Shown: positions 16,656 to 25,390 of the stretch, in pieces
Position numbering within the stretch: position 1 is the stretch's first letter
How the letters are laid out: the number at the start of each line of letters is the position of its first letter
Source: a virus
Taxonomy: Duplodnaviria; Caudoviricetes
DNA: 56,221 nt
Strand: one strand, 5' to 3'
IMG/VR virus record: IMGVR_UViG_3300023184_000158
Location: 1-56,221 of that record
The notes under the pieces: generated by a model
The model's database searches: none
Told to the model about the DNA's origin: nothing
What the model saw: the letters and a program-made list of their open reading frames with translations, nothing else
Translations under genes and position numbers: made by a program

Positions 16656-18137
16656 TTACGCTTCGCTGGATCGGATGAGGCGCAAGTTCTTGAAGCTGCT
16701 CTCAAACTCCTCGTCAAAGAATGAATCCTCCTCCACGGACGATACAACCTCTTCCGAGACCCGCACCTGTCGGCGAGCAGCCTTTTCAAGCTGGCTCATG
16801 CCGGAGAAGATCGACTTGCAGATTTCGCCGGGATCCTTGTCGTTGTACACCGTGCGACGTGCTTCAGTGCCAATCAGGGCCTCGGCTTCCATGCGCATCA
16901 TCTGCACGGCCTTTGCCAAGGCTTCCGGCAGCAACGAATCCTGATCGCGCAGGACCGTCTTGGAAGTCCGGGTCTTCTTGGCAGTCGTGGCGGAAACCTT
17001 GTGATTCTCGATGACCTTCTCGATTTCCTGTGCCTGAAGGCGCAGATCATCAAATGTGTTGATGCCCATGCCCAAGACCTTGATCATGTCCACGACTTTC
17101 AACACCGCGTTCAACTGTGCGGGTGTGGGGCTGCGGTCACTTTCGTCAAGGAACTTGAGGAAGTTGATGAATACGTGCTCGGTACGCTCAAGAATGGTCT
17201 TGATGTAGGATGTCGTCAGCTCGTGCACTTGGCTGGACTGGGTCTCAAGAACTGCCTTGCGAATCTCTGATGATGCCTGGTAATTGCGATCCTGATCGTC
17301 AAATGCCTGCTTCATCTGACGCGCCTTGGCAACATCCTCCTGCACCCGGCTCGGAAGGGGAACCCAATAGAACTTGGATTCCACCAAGAAATTCTTCTCT
17401 ATTTCCTTCTTGGAAGGCCAAGCTGCAATGACTGCGCGTTTCCATCGGCGCGTGAACTCAAGAATGGAGATCGACTCGATGACTTCGGGAGCAGTCTTCG
17501 CAAGACGGTTGTACACATCAATGGCAATGCGCTCGTAATGTCGCACGGAAGCTGCCTTGATGCGGTCGTAATTGTCGATGACGAGGGTTGCGCCCATCAA
17601 ATGGGATTCCTTCGCCTTGTCGTACTCCTCCTTCCATCGGGAGAAGGAGGCTTCGGGAATGAAGGTCATTCCATTGAGCGGAATGGCCCAGACTGTTGGG
17701 GCGGAAATCATGGTGTTCATGCGTGACTTCTGATCCTCGACCGGACCATCAACCGCGTTGCTATCGTCGTACCGGGTAGGAAAGAGCATCCGGATTGCCC
17801 GTTCGCTGTTCTCCGGACGCGGAATGGTGAGTTTGCGCCCGGTTTCGTCCATGTACCACATCTGGTCGCGAGGAAGGAGTGATGCCCGTTGGATGCCTCG
17901 CAATACCGCATCGATTGCCGCTTGCGTCTTGTCCTTGGAGTTCTTGCGAGTCGGAACAATCCCAAGGTCTGCAATCTTGATGCTGAACCCGAATCGCTCA
18001 GCCCCGATGCGAACGGTTGCCATGACGCCATTCTCGAAAATGTCGATGATGTTCGTGTTGATCGCGCGTGGAGTCTCCGTCAAGCCAAGACGATCCTTGA
18101 GGTCCAACGCGCCAGTTTCAATAAGCGTAGTGGTCAT
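16656..18137 (-). CDS. DUF3150-like protein
   Basis: GVMATVRIG...IADLGI, SLLPR and AIPLNGMTFIPE...YDRIK resemble DUF3150 as recalled; AGGAG RBS. Family call is by eye. Confidence 0.6.
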   Translation of the reverse strand: MTTTLIETGALDLKDRLGLTETPRAINTNIIDIFENGVMATVRIGAERFGFSIKIADLGIVPTRKNSKDKTQAAIDAVLRGIQRASLLPRDQMWYMDETGRKLTIPRPENSERAIRMLFPTRYDDSNAVDGPVEDQKSRMNTMISAPTVWAIPLNGMTFIPEASFSRWKEEYDKAKESHLMGATLVIDNYDRIKAASVRHYERIAIDVYNRLAKTAPEVIESISILEFTRRWKRAVIAAWPSKKEIEKNFLVESKFYWVPLPSRVQEDVAKARQMKQAFDDQDRNYQASSEIRKAVLETQSSQVHELTTSYIKTILERTEHVFINFLKFLDESDRSPTPAQLNAVLKVVDMIKVLGMGINTFDDLRLQAQEIEKVIENHKVSATTAKKTRTSKTVLRDQDSLLPEALAKAVQMMRMEAEALIGTEARRTVYNDKDPGEICKSIFSGMSQLEKAARRQVRVSEEVVSSVEEDSFFDEEFESSFKNLRLIRSSEA

Positions 18138-18153
18138 TGCTTTCTCCTGCCTG

Positions 18154-18483
18154 TCAGAGTGAGTTGTAGTACTCGGTCATATCCTTGGATTGAGCCATGT
18201 GGGAGATCACCTCCGTGCAGTACGGATCGATATCCCAGTCCCAGTCGTACTTCGTGCACGTCGCTATTTGCCGGAGCAGGCGTTCCTTGCGCCGCTCGAT
18301 TTCCTTCTCCATGATGCCAACAGGATCTTCCACTGGCTTGCTGACGCTGAATCCGAAACACCCGCCAATCACGAGAGCCTCGAAATCCACCGCCTCCAAA
18401 TCCACTTGCGGTACGTAGTTGTATTCCGCGCGGAATGCAGCATCCATGTCGGCTGATTGCTGCAAGCTTTCCATCTCAGTCAT
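18154..18483 (-). CDS. Small acidic hypothetical protein
   Basis: GAGGAG 7 nt before ATG at 18483 (MTEMESLQQ...), within ORF 18154..18729. Confidence 0.7.
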   Translation of the reverse strand: MTEMESLQQSADMDAAFRAEYNYVPQVDLEAVDFEALVIGGCFGFSVSKPVEDPVGIMEKEIERRKERLLRQIATCTKYDWDWDIDPYCTEVISHMAQSKDMTEYYNSL

Positions 18484-18496
18484 TTGCATGCTCCTC

Positions 18497-20431
18497 TTAT
18501 CGAACAAAACGAGTGTTCGCTGGAAATTCTTCATCTTCATCACTTGATTCCTTGGGTGCGATCTTTGATTCGTTCGCCTTCTTGAACTCAAAACCAGGAG
18601 GCAGAAGGTCAGTATCGGATGCCTGTGATGCCGCAGCGTAGGAAAGTGACTCCGTGCGCGTGGTGTCCACCCGGTAGGTAACCGCTGCACGACTGAGGAA
18701 GTGTGCCACATTCGACGCAAAATCCTCATCCCGACGGCTGGCTATCGAAGCTGCCTTCTCCGCAAGGACGCTCAAGTTGGCTTGCGTGTACCACTTCGTA
18801 GCCAGATCCGAGACAACCTCGTCAGGAATCTCGATGGCTTCGGCGGGAATACCCTGTTCGCGGACAAGGACATTGAACAGGACTGCGCGTCGATCCTCTG
18901 CGGTTATGGGCGGAAGAACCGGAATGACCGTCTGCATGCGTCGCCGCATGGCCGCATCGATGTTGTCCGCACGGTTGGTTGCGCCGACCAGCAGCAGCTT
19001 GCCCTTGATTTCCTCGCGCTCAAGCCACGGCATGAGGATGGACAGCATCTTCGAACCCACGCCGGAGGTATCAATCGACCCGCCATCCCGCGAGGTCAGG
19101 GCAACGTCGATCTCGTCAATGAAAACCATGCAAGGCAAATTGGCCTCTATCCAGTCGAGCACTCCCTGAAGCTGCTTCTCGGAATCCCCGACCCACTTGC
19201 TCTGCGTGAGCGCAGGAGACCAGTGAACGCACTTGTACCCAAGCTCGTAGGCCAAGGCATACGCGAGGATGCTCTTTCCAGTGCCGGGAGGGCCAGCCTC
19301 AAGGATGTTCGCATTGCGGAGCTTTCCTGCACGGAATTGACGCAGGAACCACTCAAGATACTCAACCAAGTACGTGGGGAACCCGTAATCCCGCAACCCC
19401 CGTGTCGGATTGATCACGCTCAGGTAATCGCTGCCACCCTGACCGGCAAACTGCTCCGCAATCGTGTCGTTGATGACTTTCTGCACCATCTCCCGTGTCA
19501 GCGTCATGTGGCGCTCCCCGATCAGGCGGATGTCCTCTATGGCGCGTATGGACAACCCACCAGTCGCTCCAGCCAGCCATGCTGCGGGAGCGGCATTCGC
19601 AGTGTCATTTCCGAAGTCGATGTCGATCTTGTCCAGGAAATCACCCGTCAGTACGTTCTCGCGAATGAAGTACTCGCGCTCCAATGCGGTCGGAAACCCG
19701 ACATTGAGCGGAACCCACCCTGACGTATTGCGTCCCTTGGAGATCACCGCAGAGACTTCCGACTTGTCATCGCAAATGCCGATGACCATGTGGCCACCCT
19801 TCTTCTTGCGAAATTTTGCGCCCATTCCGCCAACATTCTCGAAATCAAGACCCCAGCTGCGATACGCAAGGATGTTGTTGGTGAACATGTCCCCAATCGT
19901 GTCCCACTCTCCCCGCGGAGAGAGACTCTGGAACTCGTCGAGGATGAGGCAGATGCGGACATCCGCCTGCATCAATGCGCGATTGATCAGGGGCAGTGCC
20001 AAGGCTGGGGCAGCATTCCGCTCCAGAATGTCGCCCTTCGATGGAGCTGCGCCCATTGGCCCACCACGGATGACCCCTGAGGATGGAATGGATACCGAGG
20101 GTTCGGTCGTGGATCCGGGGTCAACCAGTTGCTTGAACAGGTCGCGATCCTTCTGTTTCTTCTCCGCGGGGCCAAGGAAGCGGAAACCTCCGAAACGGTC
20201 ATACCGGACAACCATGTCGAAGTCGAACTGCGTTGGCTTGTTTGATATGGACTTGTTGCCGAAGATGTGATAGATGTTGTCGTAAATGGTGTTTATGGTT
20301 GCGTCAATGTCGTGGATGCCACGACCGGAAAGCAGGAATGCGTGAGCCTGTCCTGTGCGGTAGGTCCGCATCATTGTCCAGAGCCACTCGGGACGGGGCG
20401 TTTCGGATTGTTCTGCAAGAGTAATGACCAT
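18497..20431 (-). CDS. Classical-clade AAA+ ATPase with degenerate N-terminal domain (Ycf46/Cdc48-like architecture)
   Basis: GPPGTGKS, pore loop SKWVGDSEK, FIDEID, ATNRADNIDAAMRRR. The N-terminal half retains LILDEF but no Walker A. Confidence 0.9.
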   Translation of the reverse strand: MVITLAEQSETPRPEWLWTMMRTYRTGQAHAFLLSGRGIHDIDATINTIYDNIYHIFGNKSISNKPTQFDFDMVVRYDRFGGFRFLGPAEKKQKDRDLFKQLVDPGSTTEPSVSIPSSGVIRGGPMGAAPSKGDILERNAAPALALPLINRALMQADVRICLILDEFQSLSPRGEWDTIGDMFTNNILAYRSWGLDFENVGGMGAKFRKKKGGHMVIGICDDKSEVSAVISKGRNTSGWVPLNVGFPTALEREYFIRENVLTGDFLDKIDIDFGNDTANAAPAAWLAGATGGLSIRAIEDIRLIGERHMTLTREMVQKVINDTIAEQFAGQGGSDYLSVINPTRGLRDYGFPTYLVEYLEWFLRQFRAGKLRNANILEAGPPGTGKSILAYALAYELGYKCVHWSPALTQSKWVGDSEKQLQGVLDWIEANLPCMVFIDEIDVALTSRDGGSIDTSGVGSKMLSILMPWLEREEIKGKLLLVGATNRADNIDAAMRRRMQTVIPVLPPITAEDRRAVLFNVLVREQGIPAEAIEIPDEVVSDLATKWYTQANLSVLAEKAASIASRRDEDFASNVAHFLSRAAVTYRVDTTRTESLSYAAASQASDTDLLPPGFEFKKANESKIAPKESSDEDEEFPANTRFVR

Positions 20432-20448
20432 GATGGTGTCTTTCGGCC

Positions 20449-21021
20449 TTAAGCGTAAAGTTGGTTGGAAAGGGCGCGGCGTGTGTCTTCGTCCACCTCC
20501 TGCTTCACGACTTCCGTGGACAAGCCCAATCGGCGCATGAATTCAAGCACCCGGCCGAATTCACCACCCGACAGCCACACGCTGTCATCATGAAGCGCAT
20601 CGAGGAAATCGATTTCAAAGTCGAGCGTCCGGTACAGGGTAACGCCGATGGTCGCATTGCGACTGTTGTCACGCGCCTCGATGACCCACGTGCCTTCGTG
20701 TTCCGGAGACCAGAAGGAAGTCATCTCGTAGCCATCAGCCTGAAGGGCGGCAAATATCTGCGCCCCTACGTAGGCTTGCTCGTAACGCTGCTTGATCACT
20801 TGCTGGTCAGCCGCAGGGATGCTGTAGAGGCCGAGCAAATCAAGTCGCTGCGATGCAGTGTCATCGTAGCTTGCACGTTGCGTGAGCGAAGCGCGGAATC
20901 CTGCAGGAACCAGGAGTCCCATTGCGGATACCTGAGCTTCCCAGAACTGGGCTGCGCGTTCAAGGGAAGACTGGTCAGCCTCTAGGATGCCGGTCTGGAC
21001 GAGGATGTCGTGGCAGGGCAT
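20449..21021 (-). CDS. Hypothetical protein, first gene of the AAA operon
   Basis: GAAAGGA RBS; follows a sigma70-type promoter. Confidence 0.75.
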   Translation of the reverse strand: MPCHDILVQTGILEADQSSLERAAQFWEAQVSAMGLLVPAGFRASLTQRASYDDTASQRLDLLGLYSIPAADQQVIKQRYEQAYVGAQIFAALQADGYEMTSFWSPEHEGTWVIEARDNSRNATIGVTLYRTLDFEIDFLDALHDDSVWLSGGEFGRVLEFMRRLGLSTEVVKQEVDEDTRRALSNQLYA

Positions 21022-21062
21022 GTGGTGCGTCCTTTCAGGTAAGTGTTGATCTCGCCAACACG

Positions 21063-21091
21063 ATGGTACCCGGCCGTCGCACCAATGTCAA
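21063..21091 (-). promoter_or_regulatory. Sigma70/SigA-type promoter TTGACA-N17-TACCAT
   Basis: -35 at 21091-21086, -10 at 21068-21063, 17-nt spacer, intergenic. Confidence 0.8.
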
Positions 21092-21105
21092 GGGGCGGCA
21101 TTTTT

Positions 21106-21657
21106 TCAGGAAATGCCGTGGATCACGTGCTGGAGTTCCCGGTTGCCGATGTGCTTGATGGCATTGACGCTCTCCTGCAAATCGCGCTGGATGCCCTTGA
21201 TCTTCTCAGCTGTTGCAGAGAGGGAGTTATGTCTCCGTTTTGGCTCGGATCCAGGCTCCATGTTGAGTCGTTTCGCAACAGTAGGGAACAACTCGGCAAA
21301 GGAACGTATATCTGAAGAAGCCAAATCACCCGCGGCCTTGATGGATTCTTGGGTAAGTTTGGTGTCGGTATTCGGATTTCTGCCGCCAAAAGTCAACACG
21401 ACTCGTGAATACACCTCATCGCATTGGGTCTGGAACTCGTTTCGCAACTCTACAACATCAGCATAGATGATGCCAAGCTTGTGGTTCAACGTAATGATCT
21501 TGCTGAGCATCTCCCGGCAAGCATCAATGTCGCGTAAGTCAGAACGGCTGAATTCGTACAAGTACAAGCTAGCCTCTTCAATCGCAGGAGAGACAGATTC
21601 TTTCAACCACTGCCTAACGGCATCTTGGGTTTCAGAAGTCTTTTCAAGGGGTTCCAT
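21106..21657 (-). CDS. Hypothetical helical protein
   Basis: 183-aa ORF on the coding strand filling the gap; no recognised motif. Confidence 0.65.
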   Translation of the reverse strand: MEPLEKTSETQDAVRQWLKESVSPAIEEASLYLYEFSRSDLRDIDACREMLSKIITLNHKLGIIYADVVELRNEFQTQCDEVYSRVVLTFGGRNPNTDTKLTQESIKAAGDLASSDIRSFAELFPTVAKRLNMEPGSEPKRRHNSLSATAEKIKGIQRDLQESVNAIKHIGNRELQHVIHGIS

Positions 21658-22232
21658 TCGTCTTTCTCCCGGTAGAAAGAATATATTCGTTCTAAGTCGT
21701 TCTTCCCCAAAGTAAATAGAAAGGGGAGATAACCGTTCTTACTCCCGTATTCTACTACAAGGGAGGGGTTACTGAGGAAGAGCGCAGAGGCGAGAGGGTC
21801 GGTTCGCACCAACTGTAGCACAGCCTCGACCTGATCTGTTGTTGCTGGCGGAAGCTGCTGGTTTTGCGACGGTTCCTCCGAGGGGAGCAACGCATCAAAG
21901 ACTCCGAGATGCTTCCAGTCTCGATAGCCGAGTGTGGCTTCTCCGTGCAAAGCCTTGTGGTGATTCTTGGGAAAAAAATCGCCGCAAAGGTAAAGATGGT
22001 TTGTGTAGTCATCCTTCCTTGCAACGGAATGAGAACGAGGGATGATATGATGCAGATCCAGAGGACTGCTTTCAGTTCCATGCGCAGAGCAACCAAGGAC
22101 TGGACATCGGCCATATCGACCCTTTTCACTTTCTTCACGACTAGCCGGAGTGCGGAGACGGAGGACACCACGCAACCGTTCCGGGTCACGATAGACCCGG
22201 AACACGCGTTCGATCTGTTGATGCTTATCCAC
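21603..22232 (-). CDS. HNH endonuclease
   Basis: CPVLGC...LDLHHIIPRS...DDYTNHLYLC...HHKALH. Probable GTG start at 22232 overlapping the endolysin stop; the ORF extends to 22334. Confidence 0.78.
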   Translation of the reverse strand: MDKHQQIERVFRVYRDPERLRGVLRLRTPASREESEKGRYGRCPVLGCSAHGTESSPLDLHHIIPRSHSVARKDDYTNHLYLCGDFFPKNHHKALHGEATLGYRDWKHLGVFDALLPSEEPSQNQQLPPATTDQVEAVLQLVRTDPLASALFLSNPSLVVEYGSKNGYLPFLFTLGKNDLERIYSFYREKDEWNPLKRLLKPKMPLGSG

Positions 22233-22974
22233 TTTTCTCTTCGGGGTGATCCCCAGTATACTCAGCAGAGGCGGTGTCGGCGGGAACCAGCTGGCTACGC
22301 AGGGCTCCGATCTCGTTGATCCATCCCTCGACACTGGTCTCGTTTGCGTTGAGGCCAGCCATTAGGCGGACAACCGATTCGGCATTGGAAATGAAATTCA
22401 ATTCACGCACTGCGTTGATAAGGGATTTTTCCGCATCACTCAGCATTTCGTATTCTCCTTTTTGCTCTTCGCTTGGCACGTAGTTGTCATAATCCTTGCA
22501 AAACGTCAACGGATCAACATATTGAGCAAGCATCTGATCTTTTGTCAATCCACCGCCCCAATACCCCCATGTCGGAGGCTTGTCATTCTTGACCTCAAAA
22601 TGCAAATGTGCAAATTGCTGACCTCCCGACTTGCCACACCCACCAATTACATCACCACGATTCACTAGTTGTCCAATAGCATCAGCGCCCCAAACAAAAC
22701 TGTTAGCATGACAATAATGAACCCAAGATCCCACATGGGGGCCCTCCAGAATTTCCCACCATTGGTGTTTTCCATAGCCGCGAGCGGTCTCTTCGCTGGC
22801 CCGTAATGCCATCTTGCACACGGCTACCAAATCCATGCCTAAATCTCCATCACCTCCGCTTCCGGCATTAAAATCGAGTCCAGGATGAAATTGATTTGAA
22901 TACGTACTCCATTCGCCAAAATCATAGCCACCCATGGTCGGGTTCTGTTCTGTGGACTTCAATAATGGAAACAT
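22225..22974 (-). CDS. M23 family peptidase, probable endolysin
   Basis: HPGLDF (HxxxD), YCHA and HLHFEV (HxH) zinc ligands; near the holin. Confidence 0.85.
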   Translation of the reverse strand: MFPLLKSTEQNPTMGGYDFGEWSTYSNQFHPGLDFNAGSGGDGDLGMDLVAVCKMALRASEETARGYGKHQWWEILEGPHVGSWVHYCHANSFVWGADAIGQLVNRGDVIGGCGKSGGQQFAHLHFEVKNDKPPTWGYWGGGLTKDQMLAQYVDPLTFCKDYDNYVPSEEQKGEYEMLSDAEKSLINAVRELNFISNAESVVRLMAGLNANETSVEGWINEIGALRSQLVPADTASAEYTGDHPEEKSG

Positions 22975-23337
22975 TCATTCCTCCTCTGTTACGGTTGACA
23001 AATCGTCAACAAAATCTCCTCGTTCCAGACGGAATCGCTGGAAGTCCAGCCAATTCCTCGTTTTCCTGTCCGCAGTCACTGGCGCGACATGTTCCTTGGC
23101 AATTCTTTCGGATGTCCAATGTTCACGCAATGCCAGAAGCGACTCCTGTTGTTCCTCCGTCAGGGAGGCGTTCCATCGGGATTGTGACGCAACAAGCAAT
23201 CGCTTGCGTTCCCTGAGCAGCAATTCCAATGAAACAGACATGTCGGTGCTTTCCCGTCCGCGACCGACGCCTTCACCGCGCATTTCACGACACCGGTGCG
23301 CTTTTTCGTTGTACTCGCTCTGAATATATTTTTGCAT
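22975..23337 (-). CDS. Hypothetical protein
   Basis: AAGGAA RBS; abuts the endolysin start. Confidence 0.55.
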   Translation of the reverse strand: MQKYIQSEYNEKAHRCREMRGEGVGRGRESTDMSVSLELLLRERKRLLVASQSRWNASLTEEQQESLLALREHWTSERIAKEHVAPVTADRKTRNWLDFQRFRLERGDFVDDLSTVTEEE

Positions 23338-23349
23338 GGCTATTCCTTC

Positions 23350-23769
23350 TTATCCTTTCTTTTCAATGCCTTTCTTCATGGTAAATACCGCGGATTCGAT
23401 CATGGTGCTGATAAGATCGGGAGTCACGAATTTTATTCCGTGCCTGTTTGCAGAATCAGCAAGCAACTTTGAAGCGTACGCAAACTTCTCTGTTGCCTTT
23501 CCGTCAGAGATGCTTTGCTCCGCGGCTTGAACCGCCAGTTGTGCGTAGCTTGCCAGCAAGGAAAAATGATCATTTTCCTTTAGTGATGAAAGTCGTTTGT
23601 TGAGCGTTCTCAAAACGACCGGCACCATGATTCCAACGGCTATCAAGCTAAAATAGATTGCATCAATCAGAACCTTGTCCAATGCGTCCGCCATGTTCAT
23701 TTGTTCCTCCGGGGTCATGACTGCAACTTGAAACAATGCTTGGAATGCCAAAATGATGAACTTTATCAT
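23350..23769 (-). CDS. Holin, LL-H-like
   Basis: TM segment AIYFSLIAVGIMVPVVL; AQLAVQAAEQ...EKFAYA...IESAV pattern; AAGGAG RBS before ATG at 23769. Confidence 0.75.
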   Translation of the reverse strand: MIKFIILAFQALFQVAVMTPEEQMNMADALDKVLIDAIYFSLIAVGIMVPVVLRTLNKRLSSLKENDHFSLLASYAQLAVQAAEQSISDGKATEKFAYASKLLADSANRHGIKFVTPDLISTMIESAVFTMKKGIEKKG

Positions 23770-23800
23770 TTTATTCTCCTTTGTTTGATTATGGAGAATT

Positions 23801-24844
23801 CTACGTGTAGAATGCAGCCTTCCCGGTTTGTTCGGAAAAATCATGGGTAAATGCGGAACTGTTCATGTATCTCACTGCGTCTTCCGCATTGGGAAAACAA
23901 AGGTGTTTCCGCTTGTTCTTTGGCATGGGAAAGTAGACCACGGTTGGTGTTCCGATGGATGGTTGACCAAAATACCGTTGGCTATAGGTATCCTTGGTCT
24001 TGTACGTTCCAGTCTTGATCAGGTATGAGGTGCCGCCAAAATCGTATCCAAGCGCCTCGGCAATCTCGTAGTGTGTAAAATGCTCAAAGTCAGGACTGTG
24101 CGTATGTCCGGTTGCGACCACATGAGCGGGGAAACGTGTTTGATACAGCCGCTTGTTGCCAGCAAGTTTGTGCGCACTGCTGTGAGAGCGAGACTGATGC
24201 ATGATCAAATGGGAATAGAATGTTTCGCCAATGTGCAGCTCGACATAGCCTTCGCCCTCAAGAGCGATGGTTTTCTTCTTCATCACGCCTTCTCGCCAGA
24301 TGTAATTCGCCGCTTCGTATCCAATGACCCGTTCGTCAAACTCTGTTGAGTGATTGTCCCACGTAATGACCCAAAGCTTGTCCTTGTCAATCAGGCGAGA
24401 GGCAATGTCGTGCAGGACAAGATTTTGCAACTCTCCCGAGAATGCTTGGCCATGTACGGCAGACACGTTCTTGAAGCTGCCAAAATTATCCTTGAGATCC
24501 CCAATGGTTGCCATGCCGAGGTTTGGAACTTTCATGATGAAATCGAGATCATGACGCATCTGGTCATAGTCGCAACCAAGACTTCCAAGGTGCCAGTCAG
24601 ACGAGAACACCATGGCTATGGGACCGTCAGCATGTCGCAGGTCAAGGATTCCCCGACCAACCTTGAATGATGCTTTCTCGTGAATGTCCTGCATTTTTTT
24701 TGCCGCATCAAAGACATCTTCGTAGCGGACGGAGCCTCGTGGCGCTCCGGGGATCTGGGGGAATGTGTGTGTGTCTAGTTCACGGACAGGCATCACGGGA
24801 GTAGTTGCAAAGCGGGTCTTTGGTGTTCCGCTAATTGATGACAT
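23801..24844 (-). CDS. Calcineurin-like metallophosphoesterase
   Basis: SDWHLG, IGDLKDN, DNH (GNH variant), MH, GHTH. AAGGAG RBS before ATG at 24844. Confidence 0.85.
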   Translation of the reverse strand: MSSISGTPKTRFATTPVMPVRELDTHTFPQIPGAPRGSVRYEDVFDAAKKMQDIHEKASFKVGRGILDLRHADGPIAMVFSSDWHLGSLGCDYDQMRHDLDFIMKVPNLGMATIGDLKDNFGSFKNVSAVHGQAFSGELQNLVLHDIASRLIDKDKLWVITWDNHSTEFDERVIGYEAANYIWREGVMKKKTIALEGEGYVELHIGETFYSHLIMHQSRSHSSAHKLAGNKRLYQTRFPAHVVATGHTHSPDFEHFTHYEIAEALGYDFGGTSYLIKTGTYKTKDTYSQRYFGQPSIGTPTVVYFPMPKNKRKHLCFPNAEDAVRYMNSSAFTHDFSEQTGKAAFYT

Positions 24845-24877
24845 GAGTATCTCCTTGGATTTGCGGCGTATAACGAT

Positions 24878-24903
24878 GATTCCCCGCATTTCTGCGGGGA
24901 ATC
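24878..24903 (-). other. Intergenic 11-bp hairpin with GAAA tetraloop (terminator or stability element)
   Basis: GATTCCCCGCA-GAAA-TGCGGGGAATC on the - strand; weak U-tail. Confidence 0.6.
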
Positions 24904-24922
24904 GACCAGTTTGCGGAAGTAA

Positions 24923-25327
24923 TTACTTCGGAGTGTTGTTTTCCGCCTGCTTTGCGGTCACCGCCTCAGTGGAAATGAAATACTTCCCCCACATTGCCGC
25001 GGCGGGAAATTCAGTTTCCAAGGCGTTCTGTTCCGAGACCGCCCGGTTCAACTTCTCCGTTGCGGCTTGAAGGCGTCCCTCGTTGTTGCGGGTTGAGGCA
25101 AAACGGACTTCAACCTGCGCCCGAATCTTGTCTCGTTCAAGATCTGCCCACAATTCTCCCGAATACTTTCCAGACTGGAGAATTTCCACGAAGTTTTCGT
25201 AGGGAACGTCACTGGGAGTTGCCGTTCCCTCTTCCGGGGATTCCGTGTCGATCTCGGTTGCTGTGCCGTCAATAATCATATGTTCCTCCATTACCTTGCC
25301 GTTTGTGGGTTTTGTCTTGTTTGCCAA
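24923..25327 (-). CDS. Hypothetical acidic protein
   Basis: GAAAGGAG RBS before a TTG start. Confidence 0.7.
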   Translation of the reverse strand: MANKTKPTNGKVMEEHMIIDGTATEIDTESPEEGTATPSDVPYENFVEILQSGKYSGELWADLERDKIRAQVEVRFASTRNNEGRLQAATEKLNRAVSEQNALETEFPAAAMWGKYFISTEAVTAKQAENNTPK

Positions 25328-25358
25328 TGATTTCCGCTCCTTTCATGGTGATGAATCT

Positions 25359-25389
25359 AGTATAGCATCTTGTTCGAACGCTTCGTCAA
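25359..25389 (-). promoter_or_regulatory. Putative promoter (extended -10 TGcTATACT; TTGACG 19 nt upstream)
   Basis: Intergenic, upstream of the block containing the lysis genes; the spacer is longer than optimal. Confidence 0.5.
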
Positions 25390-25390
25390 A

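Noticed and set aside
18701-20270. Long + strand ORFs (18701..19723, 19464..20270), and likewise 11010..11957 and 14807..15580
   Set aside because: Antisense shadows of well-supported - strand genes, with no motifs of their own.
25370-25385. GTTCGAAC palindrome as a LexA/SOS box
   Set aside because: It does not match the GAAC-N4-GTTC arrangement.
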